This document shows positions 37,424 through 53,800 of a DNA stretch of 64,000 nucleotides, piece by piece. The number at the start of each line of letters is the position of its first letter. Within the stretch, counting starts at the first letter, position 1. The notes beneath the pieces are model-generated. The model did not search any database. It worked only from the letters and a program-made list of their open reading frames with translations, and was not told the origin of the DNA. The stretch comes from Macrostomum lignano (taxonomy: Eukaryota): positions 1 to 64,000 of the forward strand of contig NIVC01002012.1 of assembly GCA_002269645.1 (NCBI GenBank). Reading direction: 5' to 3'. Made by a program: the position numbers and the translations under genes.

Positions 37424-39734
37424 TATATACATATTAAAGCTAAGCTAATAATATATAATATATGTCCCAGTGCTCTTAATTATTCTTTTGTTTAGCCTTA
37501 CTCGCTGCCACCAAAGTTGTCATAGACCTATTTCTCTTTAGCAATCCTACTGGTTAGGCCCTATTAATTGCCTTTCCACTGGTAGCGCATGTACTTTTAT
37601 TGGTAGTGTCTACTTATCTACTTTTGTACTTTTAGCCTGAGCGGTCTATTGGCACTGTCTAATTCTTAGTCTCTCAGTCCTGACATTCCCAGGATCAGAG
37701 GGTCACAGCTTTATGCGGTTTACCCCACCCTGAGGCGATCTTTTCTTGCTATAAAGCAGTCCTCCTGCCTTGAGGCAACTTTACAATTATTGCCCTGAGG
37801 TGATTCTTGCTTTTAGCGGTTTCTGATACTCTTAATTGAGGTTCTTATACTCTAAGAAATGATTAAGTCTTTAAGCAATTTTAATATTTAGAACAAACTA
37901 AGTTTGCTTATTAAAAACCAAGAGGCAGCAAACAGTATACTTTTCAAGCCTACTTAGCGCCCATAGCCAAGAAGATGATAGAATCCTCGGAATTTTCCGG
38001 CACAAATCAGCAATTTGCCAGCGCACGGCGCACACTTCACTGCGCTGCGCACATGGGCTTGGCGCATCAATGCATGGCTCGGCGCATAGTGCACAAGGTA
38101 CGTCAGTGTGCGTGACAATATAATAATGAATAATAAAAAAATGTATATTAAATGTCAATCAATCAATCAATCAATTGATAAACGATAGTCGATACAATAG
38201 TTGTTATTTCCAATGTTGTTTCTATTTCAAATTTTATTAATTGTAGCTTTTAACTTAACAAGTTTGCGCCTTTCGCGGCTTTTGTTGCACTTTTTTGCTT
38301 ATATTTTGCAAATAGAAGCCATGATTGAACTGCTTGAACTTCCATTGGTATTGATTCAATTTAGATACTTATTAATACTTGATGGTGCTTTTTCAAGTGT
38401 ATTTTTCTCGACGCATGGCGCATAAATAATTTTTTTTTCTCGGCGCACATGGAGCACAACAAAAATTTTGATAGATGTTATTCTGGCACATACGCTGCAC
38501 CTTCCTGGCCATAGCTCAGCGTGTCTATTTATACTAGAAATTTGTTACAGTTTAAACAAAAGATAATATTTTTGGGAATAACAACATTTAAAAAAAGTAA
38601 TAATAACTTCCCTTTTTGTGTAAGTTCAACTACGTGCATTTTTAAGAAAACATAACGAAAACATAGAGTATTATTTGTGCATATAAAAATAGGCTATTAA
38701 TTCAGGCACTGTCTCATATATATTTTAATATAGGCCTACTTATTTTTATTGAATTAAATATTTTTAGAAGATTAAATCTAGCCCTAAACATAATTAGCTA
38801 AAACACAACACTATAGCATTAAATATATACATAGGCCTATTAAACAATATCATAGTATAATATAACTTACAAAAACAAATAATTGCATCTTACTCAATCA
38901 ATTATCCTTACTACTAGTCCTGGTAGGCCTATAAACCTATACAATTTTATTAAGGGTTGATGCTAAGTTTCACATCTAAATTTTAACCTGAAGGCTGAAG
39001 TGTAGACTTTAATTTAAATAATGCATAATGGAGGTATATTTGCCAATATCAGTTAATAATGAAGTGTATTAAATTGAATATTGATTAAGCTTAATAATTA
39101 CAAGTATATGGCTACATCCTATATACTAAAAATGGTCTGTCTGTGTCTATGTGATCGATTAGTGAAAAAAAAAAAATGGCTGTACCGATTCTGTTCGAAC
39201 TTGCACTGTTCGATCAGAAATTTTCCCGTGACTGTACATGCATCGTGGCTAAGAAATTTCTTGATGCTAAAGGCATTAAATATTCGAAAAACATGCTTTT
39301 TTGCAAAGGTCAAGCAAACTTTTCGACTTGAAATGCATTGTAAGAATGCTAGAGAAAAAACTGACTGGTTGAATTCTGATTCTGAAATAGATTGCATCAT
39401 AACTGAATTGTAACTCCGACTTGAATTGAAAATGCAGTGTGGAAGCGTAGCACCAGACTTGATTTAGATTGCGTAACCATATTGTTAACTGATACTGACT
39501 GACTGAGAAACTGATTATGTCATAACTGCTTCGTGTGATTTACTCTATGCTTGGATTTTAGTGTTGAATTATATAAGTGCAAAATTTGATGTTATCAAAA
39601 CGATGAGAGCTAGCCTAGAGGTGAACAAACTGAACTGTTAAATGCAGCGACGATGGTTCGAATTTTCATAGAGTATAATTTTTTAATTAAAGCTTTTCAA
39701 CGTCAGGAAAACTAAAAGACTTTTTAAAAAGAAT

Positions 39735-41000
39735 CGTCATGTAAAAATCATAGAAGCGTCATGTAAAAAATCATAGAAGCGTCATGTAAACAATCATAGA
39801 AGCGTCATGTAAAAAATCATAGAAGCGTCATGTAAACAATCATAGAAGCGTCATGTAAAAAATCATAGAAGCGTCATGTAAACAATCATAGAAGCGTCAT
39901 TTAAACAATCATAGAAGCGTCATGTAAACAATCATAGAAGCGTCATGTAAACAATCATAGAAGCGTCATATAAAAATCATAGAAGCGTCATGTAAACAAT
40001 CATAGAAGCGTCATGTAAACAATCATAGAAGCGTCATGTAAACAATCATAGAAGCGTCATGTAAACAATCATAGAAGCGTCATTTAAACAATCATAGAAG
40101 CGTCATGTAAACAATCATAGAAGCGTCATGTAAAAAATCATAGAAGCGTCATGTAAACAATCATAGAAGCGCCATGTAAAAAATCATAGAAGCGTCATGA
40201 AACAATCATAGAAGCGTCATGTAAAAAATCATAGAAGCGTCATGTAAAAAGCATAGAAGCGTCATGTAAAAATCATAGAAGCGTCGTATAAACAATCATA
40301 GAAGCGTCATGTAAACAATCATAGAAGCGTCATGTAAAAAATCATAGAAGCGTCATGTAAACAATCATAGAAGCGTCATGAAACAATCATAGAAGCGTCA
40401 TGTAAAAAATCATAGAAGCGTCATGTAAAAAGCATAGAAGCGTCATGTAAAAATCATAGAAGCGTCGTATAAACAATCATAGAAGCGTCATGTAAACAAT
40501 CATAGAAGCGTCATGTAAACAATCATAGAAGCGTCATGTAAACAATCATAGAAGCGTCATGAAACAATCATAGAAGCGTCATGTAAACAATCATAGAAGC
40601 GTCATGTAAAAAGCATAGAAGCGTCATGTAAAAATCATAGAAGCGTCGTATAAACAATCATAGAAGCGTCATGTAAACAATCATAGAAGCGTCATGTAAA
40701 AATCATAAAAGCGTCATGTAAAAATCATTGAAGCGTCCTGCAGAAATCGTAGAAGCGTCATGAAATAATCATAGAAGCGTCATGTAAAAAATCATAGAAG
40801 CGTCATGTAAACAATCATAGAAGCGTCATGTAAACAATCATAGAAGCGTCATGTAAACAATCATGGAAGCGTTATGTAAAAAAATCATAGAAGCGTCATG
40901 TAAAAAGCATAGAAGCGTCATATAAACAATCATAGAAGCGTCATATAAAAAATCATAGAAGTGTCATGTAAAAATCATAGAAGCGTCATGAAAAAATCAT
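39735..41000. repeat. 23-bp minisatellite (aatcatagaagcgtcatgtaaac)n inside the Helitron-like element
   Basis: 23-bp period at 40021/40044. Confidence 0.97.
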
Positions 41001-41889
41001 AGGAGCCTCATTTAAAAACTAATGAAAGTGTCATTTAAAAAATTAAGAAGCATCATGGTAGAATAAAAGAAGCGTCATGTCAGACATGAAGGGTGTCATG
41101 TAAAAATTAAATGCAGCTATAATGCTGTGCTGGGGAGAAAAACTGAGATTACGGGGGGGTTCTGAGATGTCAAAGCAAAAGTCAGAAGCTACTTCAAAGT
41201 TCATGTACTTTACTCAATTTTTTTATTGCATTATTTGTTGGCTCGCCACGGGGGGGGCGCTGATAGAAGAAGAGTCATGTAAAAAATAAAAGTAGCACTA
41301 CGTATACATAAAAGAAAAGTCATGTCGAAGTTAAAAGATTCATTTGGGAATTGCTACGATGTCAAAGCTTGGTGGAAATCGTTATAGTGCTGTGATTCTT
41401 AAAGAAGGAATCACTAAAATGTCAAGGCTTAGGGGAGAAGAATTGCTGAGATTTCAAGGCTTTAGGTTGGGTTAAAGTTAGGTTTAGGTCAGGTGTGGGT
41501 TGAGGGTTATATTTTATCGGATTTCAAGGTTAACAGAATAACAGGGGATTTTTTAGATTTCAAGGTTTATGGGGGCCATCGCTGACATGTTAAGACTTAC
41601 GGGGGGAATATCTGAGATGTCAAGGTTCACGGGGTATAAATGAGATTTCAAGGCTAAAGTCAGAAGCTACATGTAGTTTATTGAAAACTTTTTATTACAT
41701 TATTTGATGCCTCCTCTGGGGAGGGATCGCTGATAAAAAAAGCGTAATGTAAAAAATAAAAGAAGCTTCATGTCGAAGTTAAGAGATTCATTTGGGAATC
41801 TCTACGATGTCGAGGCTTGCAGGGAATCGCTATAATGCTGTAGTAGTGCTATAATGACTCTTAGAGAGAATTACTGAAATTTCAATGCT

Positions 41890-41951
41890 TTAGGGTTAGG
41901 TTAGGGTTAGGGTTAGGGTTAGGGTTAGGGTTAGGCTAGGGTTAGGGTTAG
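41890..41951 (+). repeat. Interstitial telomere-type tract (TTAGGG), about 10 units
   Basis: Direct reading, with a few variant units. Confidence 0.92.
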
Positions 41952-43216
41952 AAGGTTGACAGATATTTTTAGATTTCCAAGGCTTATTTGGGGCATTGCT
42001 GAGATGTCAAGGGGGGAAGTTGATATGTTAAAGCTTGTGGGGGGGGAATTACTGACATGTCAAGGCTTACAAGGTTTGACAGGAGATTTTTTAAGATTTC
42101 AAGGATACATGTAGTTTATTAAAAAAACGTGTATTGCATTTCTTTGGCTCCCCAACGGGGGGCGTAGATTGCTAGTAGCCATACTCATAGCAGGACTGTT
42201 AAACGAAACAAAGATCAAAAACAACAACAAAATTTTTATTCAATATGATACTTTATTAGGTTTAATATAATAAAAAACTTAAAAACGAGACTTATATAAG
42301 CCACTGTACAAGACGGAAGCAAAAAATAAACAAATAGGCCCTAACACTACGATCGGGTGTGTGCATGTTGTGCGGTGTTCTGTTTTAAAGTGCAGGTCTT
42401 CTGGTTTCGCGTAATAGAATCTTCTAGAAAGTACTCTAGTTAAAACAAATATTCCACTATTTCAACCTAAGATTATGATAGTTCTACGATATTTATTTTC
42501 ATTCCTTGGGTAATTTTTGCAATTTAAGTTCCGTTTTATTGCTTTAAAGGTAATTGACGCTAGTCAGTGGTTTCAATTTCCGGTATCACAAATCTATTTA
42601 TTGGGTGCAGACCCACTCGGCAAGTGAACTGCTGCTTGTTGATGTCGTGACCTGAATTCTTGAGCTACACACTATACATTAAAGCGTACTTATAGTCTGT
42701 ACGCATATTAAATGCTCGTAAACTATATATGCACATGTGTGACTGTCTAATTAAATATGATACCAGCCAGAATTATAAAGAAACACCCAACTTCGGGGAC
42801 TCAAACTTTGGTTGGCAAGATGTTCAATTCCCAAAGTCCTTTGACGTCCACGGCAAATGATTACCATAAATCCTTCATAAAAATTACCATAAAAAAGAAG
42901 TCATACAGTAAAAATTATACACCCACAGCTAAGACTGTCCAAGAATAAGAAAGTGATGCTGTCCAAACCCCTAAAAAAACAAAAAAGACGCGACCCACAA
43001 AAGAAAGCCAAGCGCAATAAGGGTGCTTCAATTGGCGCGCCTCAGCGCGAAGTCCACCCCGCCAGCGGTGTTGTTTGGCTACATGTAGCTGGGCCTCGGC
43101 ATCGCAATTACATGTATGTAGCAGGGCACCACATTATGTACATGTACGTATCAAAGGGTTCGCGATGCGCCTGCTGAAAGATGAGCAGGAGGCTAGAATG
43201 TCTTAACTTATAGAGG

Positions 43217-44430
43217 CTATAGCAGTACGCATACTGCAATATGTACGTGTAGCTCTCGGCTGGTCGGTCTAACAATTAAAATCACTGCCTGCGCTGCACC
43301 TGCGCTGTCTGGACCTCGGTCGCGTCGATACTCTCGGCAGCTCAAAAGGTCGCACAATCGAAGCACCCGCGATTGCACCGAGTCCAGCTGCCGCTCCAGT
43401 GTGGCCGTAAGCATTTAAATGTCCCCGTGTTGTACTGGTACAGCAGGACGATCTCGACTAACGAACTAAATTGCATACAATCTCTGCCAGAGCCGAGCCC
43501 CTGCCACACCTTGATCAGTGTCGTGTTAACCACAAGGCCGACTCTAGAAGCTACTATACTTCGATCAGACTGTCGATCTGCAACTACTGATATCAGGAGG
43601 GTGAGTTCGACTCATCTGTATAGTCAGATAGTGGATTACATGTACTTTAGTCGACCTTGAGTCAAGCATGCTGAGGCGCTTCTCTACGTAGCGGCCAAAA
43701 ATGCGCTTGCGCAGCTCGAAGTCATCTTCAGCCGAGGGGGTGCCAGTCCTGCAGGAGCACAAAGAGAAAGGGTGCCAGCGTTTCGCCCCGCAGAACACCA
43801 GACGAGGGGCCAAAAAGGTATCGTGGTAAAACGTCGACATGTATGATGGCGTCGATCACCTTGCTGTGGACCCGATAAGCCCAGGAGAGCTAGTGGAAGT
43901 GCGGCTCTCGACACCGAGTAGAATGCTGCTTGGAATTCAACGATGATAGTGATTAGCGTCGACTGGCAGATGCGTGCAATTGTAAATATATGCGGCCCAG
44001 AACGTACCCGTTCTGCTCGTAACGGAAGTTCGGACTCGTACAGTCAACGTCCAACATCGACTACAGACGGAGAGCTTTGTGTTGCAGGACATCAGCGAGA
44101 TCCCTTGCGGTCAATTCTTCCCTCATTGTTCTGGCCCAGCCTTCTTCGGGATCGCGGCACAATGCTGCAGTGTTCCAGTCGGTCGGTTGATGCAGCGGTG
44201 CCAGGAAGGCACGCGGTTCATCACGCTTGAGATGTGGGGAGCCACATAGCGGAGCTGCAGGGCTGAAACCGGAGTCGCCCGTCTGTTTTTGCGTCCAGTC
44301 AGGGTCGGGACGGCCGCATCGTCGGTTGATCCTGACGATGTTGAGTCGCGCATGCCTGAGGTAATTGGGGCGCCAATGACGCGAGTTGGGGACCAGCACG
44401 TGATCGAGCGAAATCGTAAAATTCGAGTAG
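43217..44430 (-). mobile_element. Heavily decayed non-LTR retrotransposon (RTE-like) ORF2 fossil: endonuclease end, RT core and C-terminal region
   Basis: Minus-strand fragments LDHVLVP (end of endonuclease), YSVSRAALPLAL, SGVLRGETLAPFLFVLLQDW (GVxQGxxLxPxLF-like) and LTATLERQLDS, spread over several frames with stops. Confidence 0.7.
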
Positions 44431-44894
44431 CAAGACCGCCGTGTGCCGTTGGTTGCATACCGTATAATTCCGATTGCTACATGTACGTGACACACGACGT
44501 GGCGCATGATTTAGTTAAATTTTTTTGTAAAGTTTGTTTAAAATAGCACAAAAGCAACTTTGCCACGATCAGTTTGATAACCAGGGTGTTGTGCTTGTGC
44601 GGTTAATTCATTCAGCTGTGTTATGCACTTGACGATAAAAAAAGAAGTACAGAGAGTCTGCTTGCAGTGGGAAGTGTCACACCTGCGAGCACATTGATCG
44701 GTAGAATGCCAGCGTTTTTTATAACAAATTTTCAGCTATCGTATGATACGGCACGCAAAGGTTGTTCTGTCCCCCCCCATCTTTGTATAAATATGGCCTA
44801 AAAGTAGCTGTATTAACAATAGATAGGAAACGAAAAAAGAGCTTTAAAATATTTTCTGAAGCAGAACATATATAAAAATCCACCACGGCCAACT

Positions 44895-47631
<2,737 letters not shown>

Positions 47632-48128
47632 GCAGTGGGGGCTGTCGCAGCATGTACACCTATTGTACATGCATGAGTTTCATGTAGCTGCGACTGCGAT
47701 AGAAGCTATGGAAGGTTAAAATATAATAAAAAAATAAATTAGTTATTGATTCCTTATCAATTTATCAACGGTAATATTTTTTTTAACAAAGTGTTTTTCG
47801 AATGAAACATGTTTCGAGTCAAGAGCCGTCTGGTAACCATGGCAACTCTAAACTGGTTGGAATCGGGGATATGTTTACAGCTCAAATAGAGATGTGTGGC
47901 AGCACTTACGAGTGTTGGTTAATTGTGTTCTACTTGTACATTTGCTATAGAAGCTGGAATAAAGCGGCTGGCTAGAGAATCACAGAAGGTGTCGAGGAGA
48001 GGAAGGCCTCTTCATCAAAGTCAGAAAACATGAGTGACATGCAAAGTTTCAATTGACTATAGATAAACTATAGGTACGTCTTTCCACTTTTTTATTAGAG
48101 GCAGGGGGGTTGTGTGCACCCTGGCGCA

Positions 48129-48361
48129 CGTACGCAGGCACACACTCACACAGGAGTGTACAGCCGCCCTAACTTTATATTATCGTTAGGCATGTACACT
48201 TCACTGTGCCTTGGAAGGTTGGCTCTCAAGGCCGTTAATTGCACGAGCAGAGCCAAGCCGAGATTCCAATTCAGCTCCAAATTAATGTGACTGCACTGGG
48301 AATCGAGCCTGGGTCGCTGGCACACCAGAGCCTGCGCTAGACCGCAGGGCTACGCCCCCCC
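48129..48361 (-). mobile_element. tRNA-derived SINE-like element
   Basis: Minus-strand head GGGGGGCGTAGCCCTGCGGTCTAGCG (A-box-like) ... GGCTCGATTCCC (B-box-like). The body is shared with 2893-3034. Confidence 0.65.
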
Positions 48362-48959
48362 ACGTCTTTCCACACTTACATGTAAGGTATATATTTAACA
48401 AGAGTGAGGAGTGTGATCTAGGAGGATTCCGTTTTATTGGACACGCACTCTTAAAGTTCACTCCTGCCGTCGATAAAGTGCCTCCTATTCGTAGCTCTTG
48501 AACAGCACTCTTAATAGTATTATCGGACACGCATTCCTGACAATTCACTCCTAGACTCGTACACGTGTCGCCTAGCACTTTCAGTTTACTCTCGGGTTTA
48601 TTGGACACATTTTCGATAAAGGGTTCAAGATTTAGGACGGACTTAAGGCTTAGTTCATAGAATTCATAATTCATAACATTTAAAATTATACCACCGCAAA
48701 CAATTAGGAGTTTAATTACATAGCAAGAATAACGCATTGTCATTTGATTTTAAATTGTCATAATTTAAGCTATGACAGATATATATCTACGATACATGGG
48801 ACATTGGATATCATTTTAATCCCATTTATGTGTTGGATTTTATTTATATTTGTTTTTAACTCATATCATATTTAACTTATAAACACTTTTGAGACTACTC
48901 TAGATAGCGGAGTATGGTTTTAAACTGAATGCACACTTGCGCTGTTAGATATGGTGGTA

Positions 48960-50120
48960 TCCTGTTACACATGGAAGTCTCCTGTTAGATACGTGAGTCT
49001 CCTGTTAGACATGGGTGTCTCCTGTTAGACATGGGTGTCTCCTGTTAGACATGGGAGTCTCCTGTTAGACACGGGAGTCTCCTGTTAGATACGGGAGTCT
49101 CCTGTTAGACATGGGAGTCTACTGTTAGACATGGGAGTCTCCTGTTAGACATGGGAGTCTCCTGTTAGACACGGGAGTCTCCTGTTAGATACGGGAGTCT
49201 CCTGTTAGGCATGGGAGTCTCCTGTTAGACATGGGAGTCTACTGTTAGATACGTGAGTCTCCTGTTAGACATGGGAGTCTCCTGTTAGACATGAGAGTCT
49301 CCTGTTAGGCATGGGAGTCTCCTGTTAGATACGGGAGTCTCCTGTTAGACATGGGAGTCTACTGTTAGACATGGGAGTCTCCTGTTAGACATGGGAGTCT
49401 CCTGTTAGACACGGGAGTCTCGTGTTAGACATGGGAGTCTCCTGTTAGACATGGGAGTCTCCTGTTAGGCATGGGAGTCTCCTGTTAGACATGGGAGTCT
49501 ACTGTTAGATACGTGAGTCTCCTGTTAGACATGGGAGTCTCCTGTTAGACATGGGAGTCTCCTGTTAGACATGGGAGTCTCCTGCATTAGACATGGGAGT
49601 CTCCTGTTAGACACGGGAGTCTCGTGTTAGACATGGGAGTCTCCTGTTAGACATGAGAGTCTCCTGTTAGGCATGGGAGTCTCCTGTTAGACATGGGAGT
49701 CTCCTGCATTAGACATGGGAGTCTCCTGTTAGACATGGGAGTCTACTGTTAGATACGTGAGTCTCCTGTTAGACATGGGAGTCTCCTGTTAGACATGGGA
49801 GTCTCCTGTTAGACATGGGAGTCTCCTGCATTAGACATGGGAGTCTCCTGTTAGACACGGGAGTCTCGTGTTAGACATGGGAGTCTCCTGTTAGACATGG
49901 GAGTCTCCTGTTAGACATGGGAGTCTCCTGTTAGACATGGGAGTCTCCTGTTAGACATGGGAGTCTCCTGCATTAGACATGGGAGTCTCCTTTTAGACAC
50001 GGGAGTCTCGTGTTAGACATGGGAGTCTTCTGTTAGACATGGGAGTCTACTGTTAGATACGTGAGTCTCCTGTTAGACACTGGAGTCTCCTGCTAGACAC
50101 TGGAGTCTCGTGTTAGACAT
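48960..50120. repeat. 20-bp minisatellite (ctcctgttagacatgggagt)n
   Basis: Direct reading. Confidence 0.96.
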
Positions 50121-50818
50121 TGGATTTGGCTGTTCGACTTAAAAAGTAAGGTGCAGGTAAAACCATTATCAAAACAATACTTCGCACCATTAATTACATG
50201 TTGTGCTCAGCAGCCCAAAGCAATTCACAAAAAAACCGAAAGCTTCTGTGTTTTGCCGCCTGAAGTGCCCGCAGGGAAACAAAGCAGAGCTGGTGACAAT
50301 GGGAGGAGAGTAGAACTCTGCCAGCTCAGGCATCACAGCTGGCTGCCCACCTGCTCATCAGCTCCGTGCGTGTCCCCCCCCCCCAAGCTGCAGCTCCGTG
50401 AGAAACTGCAGGACCAGACGGAGCGCCCACTTTCTGCCGCAGAAGATTAATTAATAATTCAAGACCCGCCCCTGTCTCTGCCACTCCTCAACCGCCAGCC
50501 AGTCGGCAAAACAGCCAAATCTGCCAATGCCTGCCTCAAACCCTGCGCGCGTCGTAAAAGCTGGAATAATTTTCCAGGTGAAATTTGCGCATCTCCATGA
50601 GCCTCTCTGTCCAGCCACCCTATACTCAGCTGAGATCAGCATTAGTGCATTGAGTGCAGGCGCTCTTTGACTCGGTAATGTGACACCAGATTTCTCTCCG
50701 AGATTTTTGGCTTCTAGTTCTGTGGCTACATAACTCAGCGCTGCATGCTGACATTTCTGAGCAAGATCTCAGCCGTCACACAATACCTGGCCCTATTGTG
50801 AACTGATCTGCAGCAGTC

Positions 50819-53800
50819 ATGTCTGTGTCCTACGGTAGAACCATCATGAACAGTCAGCAAGGTGGAGCTGCTTTCCGGATCCTCTTCCTGTGGGAGGGCA
50901 GCATCTACAAGCTGATCGGCGCTGAGTTGCTCATCTACATCGTGCTCTACTCAGCTCTGAGTCTCACCTATCGTTTGGCTCTCGCGCCCGCTGGTAGGCA
51001 AGACTTCGAACGAATAGTGAAATTCTGCTACGAGAGGGACAGAGAGATCCCACTATCGTTTCTGCTGGCCTTCTTTGTGTCAGGTGAGTATATTGCTAAA
51101 CAACAAAAACGACAACAGCAAAGTACGCAGCCCTGCATGGAAGGTCACAGTGAGACTAGGGCGCGTCAGATGGCGCGCCGCAGAGCCTGAGCGTGAACGA
51201 AGTCCGCATTTGAGCAGCAGGACGTCCTGAACGTTCTGCAGTAGCTTTTGGCCCGGATCACGCGGCCCGCCAGTTGAAGTCGCCGCCGGCGCAGGATGAT
51301 GGACGGGCGCTGCAGCTTGGCCCGATCGTACAGGGCCTCGGTTCCGACGCTCTCGTCAGCTCGAAAGGCCGCACGGAGCAGCCCTGAGTGCGCCGAGTCC
51401 AGCTGCCGCTCCAGCGTAGCCGTCAGCGTCCACGTCTTGGCGTTGTATAGCAGGACGATTTTGATCACCGCCTGCCACAGCCGAGCCCTCTGGCGGCTCA
51501 AGGACTACTAGACTAGAACGAAGTGTTCCTAGTGATCCTTGGCAGCGCTTTGGACTGAAGGATGGCCAAGTCCACTCACAGTGCTCACATTGTTCTCATT
51601 GCTCATTGCTCACAGTGCTCTAATCACTTTTAGGTTGGAGAAATGAAACGCCAAGGTTCTCCCAAAAGTTGCCATTTCCATCCAAATCCATCAGGTATTC
51701 TGGCCCGCTGGTGGCAGATGTACCTCAGCATCCCGTGGATGAATCGCCTAGCAACCTTCGCTCAAGCCTTCATCACCAGCAGTCCAGAGGAGGCTGAGAC
51801 GGCTCGCCAGATTCGGCTCAACCTGATGAGGCACGTGAACCTGGGCTGGATCCTGGGCTTGAGCCAGATCTGCCGCAAGCTGCAGGTCTACTTCAGCGAA
51901 GGCAAAGTCCAACAGAGAGGCAGCCTGTGGCGAATTTGGCCCGTGAGTTCCTGGGACTCATCTTTGGAAACTGGTGGGACTACGGGGCATCGCATACATG
52001 CATTCATGAGCAGCTAACGGGAAAACTGTGATGTGAATCTCTTATAGCTAGAGTGCAAAATGCACTGATAGATTCTGACATCCGCATAACTACCAAAGAG
52101 GGGGGTGTCCATCGGGAGACCAGGAGACAGGGATGCCCATGAAGAGACAGGAGTTCCCACCCACCAGGAGACAGGGGCTCCGACCAGGAGACAGGGTTTC
52201 CCACCAAGAGACAGGGGTTCCCACCAAGAGACAATGGTGCCCATCAGGAGACAGGGGTGCCCACCAGGAGACAGGGGTGCCCACCAAGAGACAGGGACGA
52301 CCACCAGAAGACAGAGGCGCCCACAAGGAGACAGGGGTGCCCACCAGGAGACAGGGACGACCACCAGGAGACAGAGGCGCCCACAAGGAGACAGGGGTGC
52401 CCACCAGGAGACAGGGACGACCACCAGGAGACAGAGGCGCCCACAAGGAGACAGGGGTGCCCACCAGGAGACAGGGGCTCCCACCAGGAGACAGGGGTGC
52501 CCACCAGGAGACAGGGGCTCCCACCAAGAGACAATGGTGCCCATCAGGAGACAGGGGTGCCCACCAGGAGACAGGGGCTCCCACCAGGAGACAGGGGCGC
52601 CCACCAGGAGACAGGGGCTCCCACCAAGAGACAATGGTGCCCACCAGGAGACAATGGTGCCCACCAGGAGACAGGGGCTCCCACCAGGAGACAGGGGTGC
52701 CCACCAGGAGACAGGGGCTCCCACCAGGAGACAGAGGCGCCCACCAGGAGACAGGGGCGTTCAGTCAGGGGGCCCCACTCACGAAGCATGGTTGCCCACG
52801 TAAAACGGCCGGATATTACACGAAAGACTTTACAAGCCAGCAAGTCAAATGCACGCGAGTGGCTCCTTCTGTTCCAGCGTTCCCAGGGCAAGGCGCTTCC
52901 AGTGCGCAGCTTCCTTAACTGCATCAACTCCAGCAGCGAGGCGCGAGCTCATTTCGGCAAGCTGGCCACCGACTCAGAAATTGAAGCCATGGCTGAAATT
53001 GAGCAGCAGTACTGCGCCAAGTACGGGAGGGCTTATTGTCCTGAGTACTGGCTGCCAATGCAGTGGGCCACCCGGATATGCAAACAGGCCATGCTGCATG
53101 GCTACTGCGATGTCAGGTTGGCTGGCTTTGTGTCTGGCACTGTGTCTTGTGTCTGGTTTTGTGTCTGCATTGTGTCTGGCTCTGTGTCTGTCATTGTGTC
53201 TGTCATTGTGTCTGCCATTGTGTCTGGCTTTGTGTCTGTCATTGTTTCTGCCATTGTGTCTGGCTTTGTGCCTGGCTTTGAGTCTGCATTGTGTTTGTCT
53301 CTGTGTCTGTCATTGTGTCTGGCTTTGTATCGGGCTTTGTGTCTGTCATTGTGCTACTGCGATGTCAGGTTCGCTTTGTGTCTGGCTTTGTGTCTGGCTT
53401 TGTGTCTGGCTTTATTTGTGTCTGCATTGTGTCTGTCATTGTGTCTGCCATTGTGTCTGGCTTTGTATCGGGCTTTGTGTCTGTCATTGTGCTACTGCGA
53501 TGTCAGGTTGGCTCTGTTTCTGTCATTGTGTCTGGCTTTGTGTCTGGCTTTGTATCGGGATTTGTGTCTGTCATTGTGTCTGGCTTTGTATCGGGATTTG
53601 TGTCTGTCATTGTGTCTGGCTTTGTGTCTGGCATTGTATCTGGCACTGTGTCTGGCTTTGTGTCTGGCTTTGTGTCTGCACTGTGTCTGGCTATGTGTCG
53701 GTCATTGTGTCTGCCATTGTGTCTGGCTTTGTATCGGGCTTTGTGTCTGTCATTGTGCTACTGCGATGTCAGGTTGGCTCTGTTTCTGTCATTGTGTCTG

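Larger units (their letters stand above)
39117..42175 (+). mobile_element. Non-autonomous Helitron-like element (about 3.06 kb)
   Basis: 5' end A|TCCTATATACTAAAAATGGTCTGTCTG at 39117. 3' GC hairpin gctcccc-aac-ggggggc (42147-42163) followed 8 nt later by CTAG|T (42172-42176). No TSD and no Rep/helicase ORF. Confidence 0.6.

Noticed and set aside
37898-39413. Short AT-rich ORFs (37898..38158, 38201..38425, 39081..39413)
   Set aside because: No recognisable motifs or splice partners, and composition matches intergenic DNA.
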